A stretch of 64,000 nt of DNA, from assembly GCA_963789265.1 (NCBI GenBank), contig CAWBKB010000005.1, forward strand, positions 512,001 to 576,000, in the 5' to 3' direction. This DNA comes from an uncultured delta proteobacterium (GTDB lineage Bacteria; Desulfobacterota; Desulfomonilia; Desulfomonilales; Desulfomonilaceae). Below are positions 50,432-61,348 of the stretch, piece by piece (position 1 is the first letter of the stretch; every line of letters begins with the position of its first letter). A program made the translations under genes and the position numbers. Under the pieces are notes generated by a model. The model saw only the letters and a list, made by a program, of their open reading frames with translations, made no database searches and was not told where the DNA came from.

Positions 50432-51952
50432 TTGGAGGAATTTTTGAGGCTCAGCCGGAAGCAAGCTTCTAAATGGCACTTATTTTTTTTATACACGAAT
50501 TTTTTGTTCAACCTGATCAAGGGCGTGCTCATCGTTCCAATGTACCTGAGATACATGGAGCCTCGCTTGTACGGTGCCTGGCTGGCTTGCGGAGGGATAA
50601 TCGCTTACCTGAGTCTGTGCGAATTCGGTGTAAACCGGGTAATCATCCAGAAAGTGGCGGTTCTGGCGGCATCGTCGAAAAGCGATGAGCTGGCTTCAGT
50701 TGTGGCGACGGGTCTCCGCTTGAATGCCGGCTTCGCGGTCTTGCCCTTTTTGATCAGTCTCGGGGTTGCTCCGTTCGTGGCAAGAATCGTTCAGATTACT
50801 GGGCCCGAAGCACTGGAGCTGCGCAATGCTTTCATTCTGGCAGCCTTGGCTGCCTCGCTTATGATTTTCTCGTTCGCTCCTAGCGGGGTCCTTCAAGGAA
50901 TGCAGCGTCAGGCTTTTGTCAACGTCTGCTATTCTACCGGCTTGGCTTTAGGGATAGTGACGACCCTACTTTTGCTCTGGCGGGGATGCGGACTCCTGGC
51001 TCTTCCGATTGGTTCGCTGATTCACGCGACCATCACTGCCGCGGGCGATTTCGGTTACATGGCGCTGATACTCCGGCGACAGGACTTACTGAGGTGGCCG
51101 AAGATCGAAGTCAGGATCTTCAAGGAGATCCTCGCTTCCTCGTCCTTTGAGTTCGGTGGCATGGTTGCCCGTGCGGTGACCGGGCAATCTGACAATTTGG
51201 TCATAGGCGCCGCTCTTAACCCCGCGCTCTGCAATGTTTTTACCTTTACCGGGATGGCCTACAAGATGTCTGCCACGCTGGCGGGGTACGTGTCTCATGC
51301 CTCCATGCCGTCGCTGGCGCACCTTGTAGGAGAATCCGATGCTGATAAAACAAAGAAGGTCATAGTTGATATCATAAAGATTTCGGCGATTGTCGGTGCA
51401 TTGCTTTTGTGCGGGGCGTTTTTCTTGAATGAGGCGCTGGTAGGCATTTGGGTGGGACCGCAGTTCTACGGTGGCTTCTGGCTGAATCTCTTATTCTTTG
51501 TGGCCGCGGTCCTCATGATTTTCTTTTACACGTTCAACAACATTCTCGTTGCATTTGGAGATTTTCGAGCTTCAGGAACAGCGGTCATGATTCAGGCTTG
51601 TTTGCAAATGCCTTTGATGGTAGGGCTCGGCTATTGGGCGGGGATGGTCGGTTTGGCTTTGGCCTCTGTCTTGGCCTTGGGCGCAGTAGCGATTCCCATT
51701 CAGGCAGTTGCGATCATCAGGCGATTGCACGTTTCATCGGGGGCCCTTGTCCGTGGCGTTTACACGTTGGCTGCGGTGTTTGCGATCCCCCTTACAGCCG
51801 TGCTGGCCATGAAATGTATTTGGATCCCACGAGGTTTGTTGCAACTTGGCTTATTCTGCGCTGTGTACGCTTCGATTTCAGTGGCCTGCTATGCAATCAT
51901 TCACAAAGATCTCCGCGAGTTTGTAATAGGATGCTTCGCCAAGGGAGCGTGA
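50432..51952 (+). CDS. Wzx-like polysaccharide flippase
   Basis: About 12-14 TM segments, YGAWL...EFGV pattern, polysaccharide locus context. Confidence 0.8.
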   Translation: MEEFLRLSRKQASKWHLFFLYTNFLFNLIKGVLIVPMYLRYMEPRLYGAWLACGGIIAYLSLCEFGVNRVIIQKVAVLAASSKSDELASVVATGLRLNAGFAVLPFLISLGVAPFVARIVQITGPEALELRNAFILAALAASLMIFSFAPSGVLQGMQRQAFVNVCYSTGLALGIVTTLLLLWRGCGLLALPIGSLIHATITAAGDFGYMALILRRQDLLRWPKIEVRIFKEILASSSFEFGGMVARAVTGQSDNLVIGAALNPALCNVFTFTGMAYKMSATLAGYVSHASMPSLAHLVGESDADKTKKVIVDIIKISAIVGALLLCGAFFLNEALVGIWVGPQFYGGFWLNLLFFVAAVLMIFFYTFNNILVAFGDFRASGTAVMIQACLQMPLMVGLGYWAGMVGLALASVLALGAVAIPIQAVAIIRRLHVSSGALVRGVYTLAAVFAIPLTAVLAMKCIWIPRGLLQLGLFCAVYASISVACYAIIHKDLREFVIGCFAKGA

Positions 51953-52024
51953 GAGTGGTCTCCCCGATGACCACGGCATAATCGCGGCTAAAGGGGTCCT
52001 TATCGTAGGAGAGGAGGACAAGGT

Positions 52025-52774
52025 TTGGTCAGGCGATTGCAACTAGGCGCAGCACGACTAAAGAATCTCAGCTCCCGAGCCCTCGAAGTGTTCCTGGATG
52101 ACACCTGGCTTCATTTGGGTGACTCAGGTCACGATAGCGACCGCGTGCTGTCTTTCAAGGAAAAAATGGTTAGTTATTCTCCATCCCAAATCATCAGGAT
52201 TTTCTGGAACAGGCTTGGGAGTGGGTTCACCCGCGGCGGACAACCTCAATCGGATATCCATTTTTGCAAGCCGGCTAATTTCAAGGAGTTCAATTATTTG
52301 AAGGGAGACGTCCTGCCATTTGAGGACAGTTCGTTTACGTACATCTATTCCGAGCACTTTTTCGAGCATCTTTTTCTTGATGAAGCTGTAGCCCTCATGG
52401 GCGAATGTTATAGGATTTTGCAGCCATGGGGAGTTATGAGAACATGTGTGCCGGACGCGGACTTGCGAGTGTACGAACCACCTGAACCGATTGGCTATCC
52501 GAAACTGACAATGCCTTTCGGTCATCCCATGAAACACAAAACAAGATGGTCGGTGTATAGCCTTGATGAGGCCCTTCGCTTTTCCGGCTTCAAGCCGTTG
52601 CCTCTCCGATATTGTGACAGATCGGGAAAATATTTGCGCATGCACCCTTTGGAAACCAGAGAATCCTACGGTAATTGCCCCGATACTGAAATGGTATTCG
52701 ATCTGACTTATGTAATGCGCTTGGACTCGCTCATAGTGGACGGCGTAAAGATAACCGATGAGGCGCACGATTAA
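52025..52774 (+). CDS. SAM-dependent methyltransferase-like protein
   Basis: LPFEDSSF.YIYSEHFFEHL and ECYRILQP.G..R..VPD motifs. Confidence 0.75.
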   Translation: MVRRLQLGAARLKNLSSRALEVFLDDTWLHLGDSGHDSDRVLSFKEKMVSYSPSQIIRIFWNRLGSGFTRGGQPQSDIHFCKPANFKEFNYLKGDVLPFEDSSFTYIYSEHFFEHLFLDEAVALMGECYRILQPWGVMRTCVPDADLRVYEPPEPIGYPKLTMPFGHPMKHKTRWSVYSLDEALRFSGFKPLPLRYCDRSGKYLRMHPLETRESYGNCPDTEMVFDLTYVMRLDSLIVDGVKITDEAHD

Positions 52775-52833
52775 TTGATAGGGCCGATGTACTTGACCAT
52801 TGGCCATAACCTTGCCACCAGCAATGGAGTTGA

Positions 52834-53607
52834 ATGAAAAGGAAGAGAATGCGGACTAGTCGGCTCCTAATGCACTTTTTGCGCTTCTATACGGCCACGC
52901 TGTGGCGCACGGCATATCATGCCACGATATCTCCCCTGGTAAGTCCAAGAAAGGCGTTGAAATTCTACGGCGAAGTACTTGATTCTCAAGATCGGTCCAA
53001 GCCTTGCCCCGTGCTGGGATCGCGAGAGGTGAAAGACGTGTTTCCTGTGGCACAGGACATAACGATTCATGGCCGTTTTCATGACGGGACCTCCCTCGGC
53101 ACTCACTCGATGCGAGAGTTGGCGGCTTTGGCAGCAGCCGTCAAATATATCGATCCGGAACGCATCTTCGAGATCGGAACGCACGTGGGCCGCACAAGTC
53201 GCATGATGTTGCTCAATGCCAAGCCGTCCTGCCATCTGTACACGTTGGATTTGCCTCCGGAAAAGTGCCAACACGAGCCTGGGCGAGACCTCAAAGGCAC
53301 TTCGGAGATGTCCCGGACGACATTCCTGTCTGGTGATTCCAAAACGTTCGATTTCACGCCCTGGAAGGGGAAGTGTGACCTTGTTTGGGTGGATGGCTCC
53401 CATGAGTATGACTATGTCAAGGCGGATTCCGAAAACGCCTTCAGTATTGTCTCTGAAGGTGGCTTGGTGCTTTGGCATGATTATCGGCATACACACACGT
53501 GGGACGGGGTAACTCGATACCTGCGTGAACTGAAAAAGAGTCGTCCCGGCCTGTTTCATTTGAACGGAACAACCATTGCCTGTCTTAAGGTCACTTCCCG
53601 GGAGTAA
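52834..53607 (+). CDS. Class I SAM methyltransferase (Methyltransf_24-like)
   Basis: FEIGTHVG, DLVWVDGSH.Y..VK.D and GGLVLWHDY motifs. Confidence 0.85.
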   Translation: MKRKRMRTSRLLMHFLRFYTATLWRTAYHATISPLVSPRKALKFYGEVLDSQDRSKPCPVLGSREVKDVFPVAQDITIHGRFHDGTSLGTHSMRELAALAAAVKYIDPERIFEIGTHVGRTSRMMLLNAKPSCHLYTLDLPPEKCQHEPGRDLKGTSEMSRTTFLSGDSKTFDFTPWKGKCDLVWVDGSHEYDYVKADSENAFSIVSEGGLVLWHDYRHTHTWDGVTRYLRELKKSRPGLFHLNGTTIACLKVTSRE

Positions 53608-53641
53608 TCATCCCGATACGTTGCTGAACGGTGACAAGACT

Positions 53642-54364
53642 ATGGAATATAGAAAGTTAATCTATGATAGTTACGTTTCACTATGGCAGGGTGGAGCCTC
53701 GGTTTTTGACCAATCAGCCGCCCGGAGGTGGGGAGTGTCTCACAGCCGTTTTCTGAAGCGTGTGCTCCCGGAACGAAAGGATGCATCGATTCTGGATGTG
53801 GGATGCGGAGGCGGCAAATTGATCCACCTGTTCAAGTCAATGGGATACGCCAATGTCAGAGGAGTTGATGTCAGTCCGGAACAGGTGGCCCTTGCTCGGC
53901 AGGTATGCGACGATGTGAGTTTGTGTGACGCTGTCGAATACCTTGAAGCCCATAAGGGCGAATTCGATTTTATTACTGCTCTGGACATCATTGAGCATTT
54001 CAAAAAGGATGAAGTGATCGTTTTCCTGCACGCCATCAGAGATGCGTTGCGAGAAAACGGCCGTGTAGTGCTGCAAACTCCCAATTCGGCGGCGCGTGCC
54101 GGCGCGGCCATGCAGTTCCGCGATCTCACTCACGAAGTAGGTTTCACCCCAGAGTGCCTGGAAAGCGTATTACGCGTCTGCGGATTCAAGAGCTATCAGG
54201 CTTGGGAGACCGGACCTGTACCACACGGAGCGGTCTCCGCTATACGTTTCTGTTTATGGCAAACCATCAGGGCCACGTTGCTGCTCTATGATTTCGTGGA
54301 AGTGGGAGGGAACACTTTTCCTGTCTATACACGGGTGTTTCTGGCGTCAGCAGTCAAGAAATGA
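53642..54364 (+). CDS. Class I SAM methyltransferase
   Basis: ILDVGCGGG, DIIEH and VLQTPN motifs. Confidence 0.88.
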   Translation: MEYRKLIYDSYVSLWQGGASVFDQSAARRWGVSHSRFLKRVLPERKDASILDVGCGGGKLIHLFKSMGYANVRGVDVSPEQVALARQVCDDVSLCDAVEYLEAHKGEFDFITALDIIEHFKKDEVIVFLHAIRDALRENGRVVLQTPNSAARAGAAMQFRDLTHEVGFTPECLESVLRVCGFKSYQAWETGPVPHGAVSAIRFCLWQTIRATLLLYDFVEVGGNTFPVYTRVFLASAVKK

Positions 54365-54368
54365 GTCA

Positions 54369-55559
54369 ATGAAGAGACTAGCAGTTTTCTGCACCCATCC
54401 AATTCAGTACTTCGCGCCTATGTGGAGGATGCTTGCGTCAACTCCGGGCGTGTCCGTGCACGTGTATTACGCGTCGGATCATTCCGTTCGAGGCGCGGTA
54501 GACGAGAAATTTGGTGTGCCTCTGAAATGGGACGTTCCAGTCCTTGCAGGTTACCCGCACTCGTTCATGAATCGCAGATCGCTGCTGGAGAATCGGATTC
54601 ATTTCTTCCGACATGACCGCAAGGACGTGAATGACATCCTGAAAAAGGGCGAGTTCGACGCGGCGCTTATCTTTGCATACGATAGTCTGCTGCAATTGCG
54701 GGTACTCAGAGCCGCTAACAGGGCCAAAATACCTATCATGCTGAGAGCGGACAATCTGGACGGGACCAATCCCAAGCGGTCGCTTGCCAAGGCTACGGCA
54801 CGGCGATACATACTTAAATGGCTCTACAGGCGTATGGACGCAATGCTCGGGGTGGGCGCATACACTCAGCGTCATTATCTTGAACACGGTGTGCCTGCTG
54901 AAAGAATCTTCTTTTCACCCCACTGCGTGGACGATCAGCTCTTTGAGGAGCAACGGGCAGCGTTTGCAGGTCTGAGAGATGAAATCCGCAACAAACTCGG
55001 ATTCGGCCCAGGTGATTTCGTATTTCTGTTCGTCGGCAAAATGATTGAAATAAAGAATCCGCTGCTCCTCGCGGAGGCATTGAAGAGATTGCCCGATCTC
55101 CAACGGATGGGATTTCTGGCCGTTGGCGATGGAAAGCTGAGGGCCGCATTCGAGCATAGGACGCGAGACTGTCTGGGTGATCGGGCGGTATTCACCGGGT
55201 TCGTCAACCAGTCGGAACTCGGGCGATATTACACTTCGGCCGACGCAATGATTCTGTCGTCACGCAGCGAAACCTGGGGACTGGTGGTAAACGAGGCCCA
55301 AATTTTCGGCTTGCCTGTGATCGTCAGTGACAAGGTGGGGTGTCGTGAAGACTTGGTCATTCAGGGTGAAACCGGATACGTGTTTCCGTCAGGCGATGCC
55401 GCTGCCCTGGCCGAAGCCATGAGCCGTCTCTCCTTGGATCGTGAGAATGCTCGGCGGATGGGTGAGCAGGGGAGAAAGCTTGCTCGCAATTACAGAGTTG
55501 AAGATGCAGTGAACGGCATTGTGAAAGCTCTGGAATATGTCAAGGGATCGGAGAAGTGA
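54369..55559 (+). CDS. Glycosyltransferase family 4
   Basis: HPIQY, FLFVGK...K and ETWGLVVNEA motifs. Confidence 0.92.
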   Translation: MKRLAVFCTHPIQYFAPMWRMLASTPGVSVHVYYASDHSVRGAVDEKFGVPLKWDVPVLAGYPHSFMNRRSLLENRIHFFRHDRKDVNDILKKGEFDAALIFAYDSLLQLRVLRAANRAKIPIMLRADNLDGTNPKRSLAKATARRYILKWLYRRMDAMLGVGAYTQRHYLEHGVPAERIFFSPHCVDDQLFEEQRAAFAGLRDEIRNKLGFGPGDFVFLFVGKMIEIKNPLLLAEALKRLPDLQRMGFLAVGDGKLRAAFEHRTRDCLGDRAVFTGFVNQSELGRYYTSADAMILSSRSETWGLVVNEAQIFGLPVIVSDKVGCREDLVIQGETGYVFPSGDAAALAEAMSRLSLDRENARRMGEQGRKLARNYRVEDAVNGIVKALEYVKGSEK

Positions 55560-56323
55560 TCAATTTTTCAGGCATCTCAGAAAGTAATCTGCTGGGAAAG
55601 GCCCTGCGTCTCCCCTTGCGACTCATCCCCGGTAGCGCTAGAGTGCCCATTTTACAGGGCCCATTGCGTGGCCACCGGTGGATAGTCGGCGCGGGAAATC
55701 ACGGATATTGGTTGGGCACTTTTGAATTGGAAAAGCAACTTGAATTCGCTGCCGCCCTGCGTCCCGGCTTCATAGTCTTCGATATTGGGGCCCACGTTGG
55801 ATTTTACACATTACTGGCTTCGATACTCGTGGAGGACGAAGGCGGCGTCTTTAGTTTTGAGCCGTTTCCTCGGAATCTTGGCTACTTGAGAGAGCACGTC
55901 AAGATAAATCGGCGAGACAATGTCCGCATATTTGATGCCGCAGTAGGTGGAGCCGGCGGAAGGGCATTGTTCAAGCAGGGACAGGACAGCTCACGGTCCA
56001 CGGGGTATGTTTGCGCACATGGGGACTTGCATGTTCAGGTGGTTGCGCTGGACGAAATGTTTATGCAAGGACAACTTCCAGCCCCTAATGTGATTAAGAT
56101 GGACATTGAGGGTGGAGAAGTCGAGGCTCTTGAGGGGGCAAAACAAATTCTGAGATCGGCTAGACCTGTCATTTTTCTTGCCACTCATGGAGCCGAGATA
56201 AAGCAAAAATGCTGCGAAATTTTGCAAAAGGAAGGATATGCGACCAATGCCTTGAGGGATAGCTTAGGTAATGGAGATGAAATAGTCGCCTCACCAACAG
56301 AAAATTACGCTGCCCATGAATGA
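55556..56323 (+). CDS. FkbM family methyltransferase
   Basis: FDIGAHVG, SFEP and IKMDIEGGE motifs. Confidence 0.92.
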   Translation: MINFSGISESNLLGKALRLPLRLIPGSARVPILQGPLRGHRWIVGAGNHGYWLGTFELEKQLEFAAALRPGFIVFDIGAHVGFYTLLASILVEDEGGVFSFEPFPRNLGYLREHVKINRRDNVRIFDAAVGGAGGRALFKQGQDSSRSTGYVCAHGDLHVQVVALDEMFMQGQLPAPNVIKMDIEGGEVEALEGAKQILRSARPVIFLATHGAEIKQKCCEILQKEGYATNALRDSLGNGDEIVASPTENYAAHE

Positions 56324-57404
56324 CGCAAAATTGAACATCCTATATGTCGGTACGGGGGACTGGGGCACGTGTAAGGCAAGGCGAGAAGCACTGGAACATC
56401 TGGGGCACAATGTTACGGTAATTAATCCTCTCACCTACTTGGGGGGAGTGCCGTCGCTTTGGTCCCGAATTGAAATGAAAATGGGATGGGGAGTGGCTAT
56501 TCGCCGCTTCAACCAAGCTATCCTGCGAGCAGCTATGCAGAAACATTTCGACTGGGCCTGGATCGACAAGGGTGTATTTGTTTTTGCAGATTCAGTCCGA
56601 CAGTTGCGAAACAGCGGTCTGTTTGTCATTCATCATCTCACCGACGACTACATGAATCCCCATAACAGAAGCCGTCACTACAACCGGGCCATACCACATT
56701 ATAATGTACATTTGACGAGCAATACGTTCAATGTGCACGAGCTTAAGGATGCCGGGGCTAAATTTCCCATCCTTACCCAGCTTGGATTCGATCCTGAATT
56801 CTGCCGCCCGGGAGGACAGCGGCCCAGACCGCGTGAAGAATACCGAACTGACGTGGTATTTGTCGGACATTGGCGGGACCACATCGACCAGTTCGTACTC
56901 CCGCTCCTCGAAGCCGGTATCAAAGTGAGATTTTGGGGACCGCGGTGGCAGGGGTCGCCTAATCGTGAAAGGCTGAAATCCTGTTGCGCATTTCGCATAG
57001 TCTCTGACGAGGAATATCCCGTGATTTTGGCGAGTGCAAAAATTGCACTATGCTTCCTTTCACGAGTCAACAGGAATACCTCGACCGGCCGGTCTTTTGA
57101 AATCCCTGCAATCGGAACGTTCATGCTCGGGGAGCGGACAAAAGAGCATGTTTCCTTTTATGAGGAAGGCAAGGAGGCGGAGTTTTTCGATTCTCCCGCG
57201 GAACTGTTGAGAAAGACGCAATATTATTTGAAAAACGATGAGATCAGAAAGCGCATTGCGGAGGCAGGAAATCGAAGAGCTTGGACTTCCGGTTATTCAT
57301 ATTTAGATAGAATAAAATCGGACGTGAAGAACATTATGCCGATTTACGAAGAGTGGGCGAGGTACCCAAAAATTGACCGGCTTGAGAGCAGATGGCCAGG
57401 CTAA
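56316..57404 (+). CDS. CgeB-like glycosyltransferase (GT-B)
   Basis: DVVFVGH, RSFEIPA.GTFML.E and R.RIA.AG motifs. Confidence 0.85.
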   Translation: MNDAKLNILYVGTGDWGTCKARREALEHLGHNVTVINPLTYLGGVPSLWSRIEMKMGWGVAIRRFNQAILRAAMQKHFDWAWIDKGVFVFADSVRQLRNSGLFVIHHLTDDYMNPHNRSRHYNRAIPHYNVHLTSNTFNVHELKDAGAKFPILTQLGFDPEFCRPGGQRPRPREEYRTDVVFVGHWRDHIDQFVLPLLEAGIKVRFWGPRWQGSPNRERLKSCCAFRIVSDEEYPVILASAKIALCFLSRVNRNTSTGRSFEIPAIGTFMLGERTKEHVSFYEEGKEAEFFDSPAELLRKTQYYLKNDEIRKRIAEAGNRRAWTSGYSYLDRIKSDVKNIMPIYEEWARYPKIDRLESRWPG

Positions 57405-60143
57405 ATGATGAGTGTTTCTGCCGCGCATATACGGTTCACCCGAGAACAAACGAACACCCATAAAAGATATGCCACGGGGGTTCACGGGGAGTGGCTTGGT
57501 CGATCGCTGTGGCTCATTCCGCTTGGCGTCTTTGGGGGCTGTTTATGGTTTACAGCTAGTGGAGATCCCGACTACGTGGTGGGCTGGTCCGCCCTTTTGG
57601 CTTCGTTGTCCTGTTTACTTTGCATAGCTCTGGCCGGCTACAGGATCACATCGGCCGTCTTTTTTGTGGCGGCATATCATCTTATAACCTACCCGATCCC
57701 TGCTATGATGAACCTTTGTTTGGATAGACCCGCCATTAGCCCGGACCTTTGGGAAGCCACCCCTTTGGCCATGCTTGGATGCACTGTAGGGTGCTTCTCT
57801 CTTGCTTGCGGCATACTCTTTTATCGTCTATTCCGACTCTCCGGCAGCAGGGAAACCGCTGAAAATTCAAACCGAAAACCCCCACTTCCTGCCCGATACT
57901 TATGCGTGTCGTTGTGGGCCATCCTGATACCGACCCTTGCGGCCATGATGGCTCTAGGATTGTATGACGCCAGGTTCTATGAGGACGCGGAACAACTAGC
58001 TTCACGGGTGGGCCAATATAGCAATATTTTAGGGCTAACAACGACATTAAGCCACGGTGGAATATTCTTGCTGATGTTTCGATACAAGGTCACCGGGGCG
58101 AAACGCGATTTGATTCTTTGTCTTCTGCTATCAGCATTAACTGTCTCGCTAATTATTCCAACAGGATGGAGGGGCACTGCTTTTAGTTTTATTCCGTGGC
58201 TCTTTCTATTGTACGCCGTTGGAGAGACAAACAAGAAGAAGGTATTTACCATTCTTATGATTCTTGCTATTTCGCTTGCCGCTTTTTCTGGGGCTGTCCA
58301 GTCATGGAGGAGCGTTGATCAATCGGGAAAACCGATACTGGAGCGCCTGGTGGAAATCGCCGATGCATTTGTCAAACCGTCAGCTAGCAGCGACATTCAA
58401 GCATCAACCTTCGAAAAGCTGGCGGGGCGCCTGGCTGAGTACCAGGTTCCGGCAAGGATCATGGAATGGACTCCCGAAGTCATACCGTACCGGGGTGCTG
58501 AAGGCTTACAAAATGTTCCACTCATTTTTGTTCCAAAGATCATCTACCGTGACAGGATGGCATTTCTAGATACTGCCGAAATACCGGAGCGATATGGTAT
58601 TGGGAGAGTTTGGGGTGGAAGCTCGCCTGTCATGATCATTGGAGATCTTTTTAGCCGATGGGGTTGGGTTGGATTAACTTTGGGAATGGGTTTACTGGGA
58701 ATTGCTCTGACTTGGCTTGATAAGATTGTGTTAGTTGAGTGGAACACCCAGAGCATTCTCTTTTTCGCGCTTTTCTGCGAGAGAATATACAAGATTACGG
58801 ATATGTCTTTATTTGATTTAATCATGTTTCTGTCCAGAGAGTTGCTGCTGGCCTGGATCATGAGCGTATTGCTGGCCAAGATCGTGTTGGTGCTGTCCGC
58901 CAAAGGCCTGTACTCCACACTCGGTCGACCGTCGTTCAGTCGGCCTTACCTATGGGTGAAGTCCCAGAACAAGCGGACCCGTATTTTTACATTACTTGGC
59001 ATGACAATCGCTGACGACAAGGGAAAGAGTGAGTCGCATTTGACAACGAACTGTTTTGGTAACCCAGTTTATGTTTACCGAGTAGGGCAACTGGGTGATT
59101 CCCTGGTGGCACTTCCCGCTCTCCACGCAATGAAGAGGGCCATTGGGGCAACACCTTTGATCCTGATATCGGACAGAGTCCCTGGTGAGGAGTTCGTGCC
59201 GTCGTGGGACGTTTTCCGGCTCAGCGGATTATTCTCAAAAGCACTATCCTATACGGCAATGAATCGATCCTTTATTTCGTGCATACACGGATTGGCCTCA
59301 GTGGCCCGGGAAGTCCGGCGTATGGGGAAAGGTCCTTTATTTTATCTCATCAACAATGGAGCATTGACCTCCATGGTTAGAAGGCACCGGATTTTTTTCG
59401 AGAAATTCTGCGGGCTGGAGATGATTGGTCTCGATGAAGCGCTTCATCCCTATATGCACCGGGACGAGGCCGGACATTTGATTAGTTGCATTCCCGAACA
59501 TCAACGGTTGTTGCGCATCGTGAAGGAGCACTTCAAACCCTCCGGCGCGGTTGATATTCACGAGCTTCTGCCCCGCTGCTCTGACGCCGAGCGATCGATT
59601 GACCTTCATTGGGAGCAAATAGCAACAGGTCGCGGGGCCGTGGCCCTTGGGCCGGGGAGTAAAATGTCCTGCAAGAGATGGCCCATAGAGCGCTTCGAGG
59701 AGGCTGGCAAATTCTTAATTCGCGAGAAAGGTCTTTTTCCAGTAATATTTGGAGGCCGTCAAGATCGAGAGATAGGGAATTTTCTTCTGAAAAGGTGGGA
59801 AGGGATCGGCCTTAACCTCTGCGGAATCTCCATTGCAGAGTCGGCGGAAGCGATGCGCCGTTGCACGTTCTACTTGGGCAATGATACCGGGACCATGCAC
59901 TTGGCTGCCACAGTGGGTCTTACTTGCGTCGCAATATTTTCAGCACGGGATGCGCCGGGCCGATGGCATCCCATTGGAACCGGGCACGTCATTTTGAGAG
60001 AACAGGTGCCTTGTGAAGGGTGCATGCTGACGGTGTGCGACAGGCCGGTGACAGACTGCCTTGATAAGATCACGGTTCAAAAGGTGATTGCTGCCATCGA
60101 GACGCTTCCTCTCCAGGATTCAGCACTAAGGATTTCTTGTTAA
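57405..60143 (+). CDS. Wzy-like polytopic membrane protein in frame with a GT9 (heptosyltransferase-like) domain
   Basis: N-terminal ~500 aa with more than 10 TM; C-terminal GQLGD...LPAL, KRWP..F and GNDTGTMHLA motifs. Confidence 0.7.
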   Translation: MMSVSAAHIRFTREQTNTHKRYATGVHGEWLGRSLWLIPLGVFGGCLWFTASGDPDYVVGWSALLASLSCLLCIALAGYRITSAVFFVAAYHLITYPIPAMMNLCLDRPAISPDLWEATPLAMLGCTVGCFSLACGILFYRLFRLSGSRETAENSNRKPPLPARYLCVSLWAILIPTLAAMMALGLYDARFYEDAEQLASRVGQYSNILGLTTTLSHGGIFLLMFRYKVTGAKRDLILCLLLSALTVSLIIPTGWRGTAFSFIPWLFLLYAVGETNKKKVFTILMILAISLAAFSGAVQSWRSVDQSGKPILERLVEIADAFVKPSASSDIQASTFEKLAGRLAEYQVPARIMEWTPEVIPYRGAEGLQNVPLIFVPKIIYRDRMAFLDTAEIPERYGIGRVWGGSSPVMIIGDLFSRWGWVGLTLGMGLLGIALTWLDKIVLVEWNTQSILFFALFCERIYKITDMSLFDLIMFLSRELLLAWIMSVLLAKIVLVLSAKGLYSTLGRPSFSRPYLWVKSQNKRTRIFTLLGMTIADDKGKSESHLTTNCFGNPVYVYRVGQLGDSLVALPALHAMKRAIGATPLILISDRVPGEEFVPSWDVFRLSGLFSKALSYTAMNRSFISCIHGLASVAREVRRMGKGPLFYLINNGALTSMVRRHRIFFEKFCGLEMIGLDEALHPYMHRDEAGHLISCIPEHQRLLRIVKEHFKPSGAVDIHELLPRCSDAERSIDLHWEQIATGRGAVALGPGSKMSCKRWPIERFEEAGKFLIREKGLFPVIFGGRQDREIGNFLLKRWEGIGLNLCGISIAESAEAMRRCTFYLGNDTGTMHLAATVGLTCVAIFSARDAPGRWHPIGTGHVILREQVPCEGCMLTVCDRPVTDCLDKITVQKVIAAIETLPLQDSALRISC

Positions 60144-60161
60144 ATAAGATAGTTGCGTGGC

Positions 60162-61348
60162 ATGAAGATTCTCCACCTGGTTTCATACTACAAACCGGCA
60201 TGGAAGCTGGGCGGACCGGTTCATTCAGTGAGCAACCTATGCGAAGGGCTCGCTGCTCTTGGGGCAGAGGTGGAAGTATTTACCAGCAATGCTGCCGGTC
60301 AATCCAATAGGCTAGACGTTCCCATCGGTAAGCCCTCCATGGTGGATGGCGTGAGGGTCACATATCTGAGACAAACAGGACCGTGGCGATATTTCTTCGC
60401 CCCTGCTCTTCCTTTCTTGTTGAGAAAAAGGCTGCATGATTTCGATTTGGTGCATGTAACCGCTTTTTTCACATTCTTTCAAGTCGGCTCCGCTTTTATA
60501 ACGCTAGGCTCTGGCATTCCCTTGGTCCTGTCCCCTCGCGGCTCGCTCATGCCTCATGCAATGCGATGGGGCATGTTGAAAAAGAAGGCGTATCTTGGCC
60601 TGATTGAAGGCCCGATCACAAGGAGGTACGACTCGATCCACTGCACTACTGAAATGGAACGGGAATCCGTGTTGAAGTATTTTCCCGATGTGCCGACATT
60701 TGTAGTTCCAAATGGCCTTGAAATAGAGAGCTTCAAACATTTGCCGGCGCGGGGGCTCTCAGAAACAGGTTGGGTTTACCGGCCGAACGCTTCGTCTTTT
60801 TGTACCTTTCACGTATTCATCCTCTGAAGGGATTGGATCTGACGATTCGGGCCTTGTCGGCTGCGAAGAAACTTGGTTGCGATGCCGATCTGATAGTGGC
60901 AGGAAATCCCGAGCTTGGATCGTTAGAGCCTTGGACAAACCTTGTCAGAGACACTGGCTTAGGCGGAAATGTCCATTTTATCGGGCACGTTAATGGGGAT
61001 GAAAAGCTCCAGTGCCTGGTGGATGCGGACGCGTTTGTGAGGAACTCCTATTACGAAAACTTCTGCGTTGCGGTTGTGGAAGCCCTTCTCTGCGGCTTGC
61101 CATGCCTGATATCAGATCAAACTGGTCTGGCTGACTGGGTTTCGAATCGTGGTGCGGGGATAGTGGTCCCTCAGGACGAGCGCCTGATTGCCCAGGCTAT
61201 GAAGACATTGGTAGAGAATAGGACCAGATTTGCCGAACTGGCGGCAGCCGCACGTGATGACGCGAAGAAAACTTTTGACCATAAGGTTGTGGCGCGTCAG
61301 ATGCTGGAAAATTACGAGGCAATAATACGGCGGCGGCTGGAACATTGA
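60162..61348 (+). CDS. Glycosyltransferase family 4, frameshift near 60757
   Basis: Y.PAW..GGP, SPRGSL, LSRIHPLKG and ENFC..VVEAL motifs over two frames. Confidence 0.85.

Noticed and set aside
1704..61348. Mass pseudogenisation or programmed frameshifting
   Set aside because: About a dozen isolated single-base shifts in unrelated, otherwise intact genes, with no in-frame stops or shared slippery motif; most likely assembly error, though this needs reads to confirm
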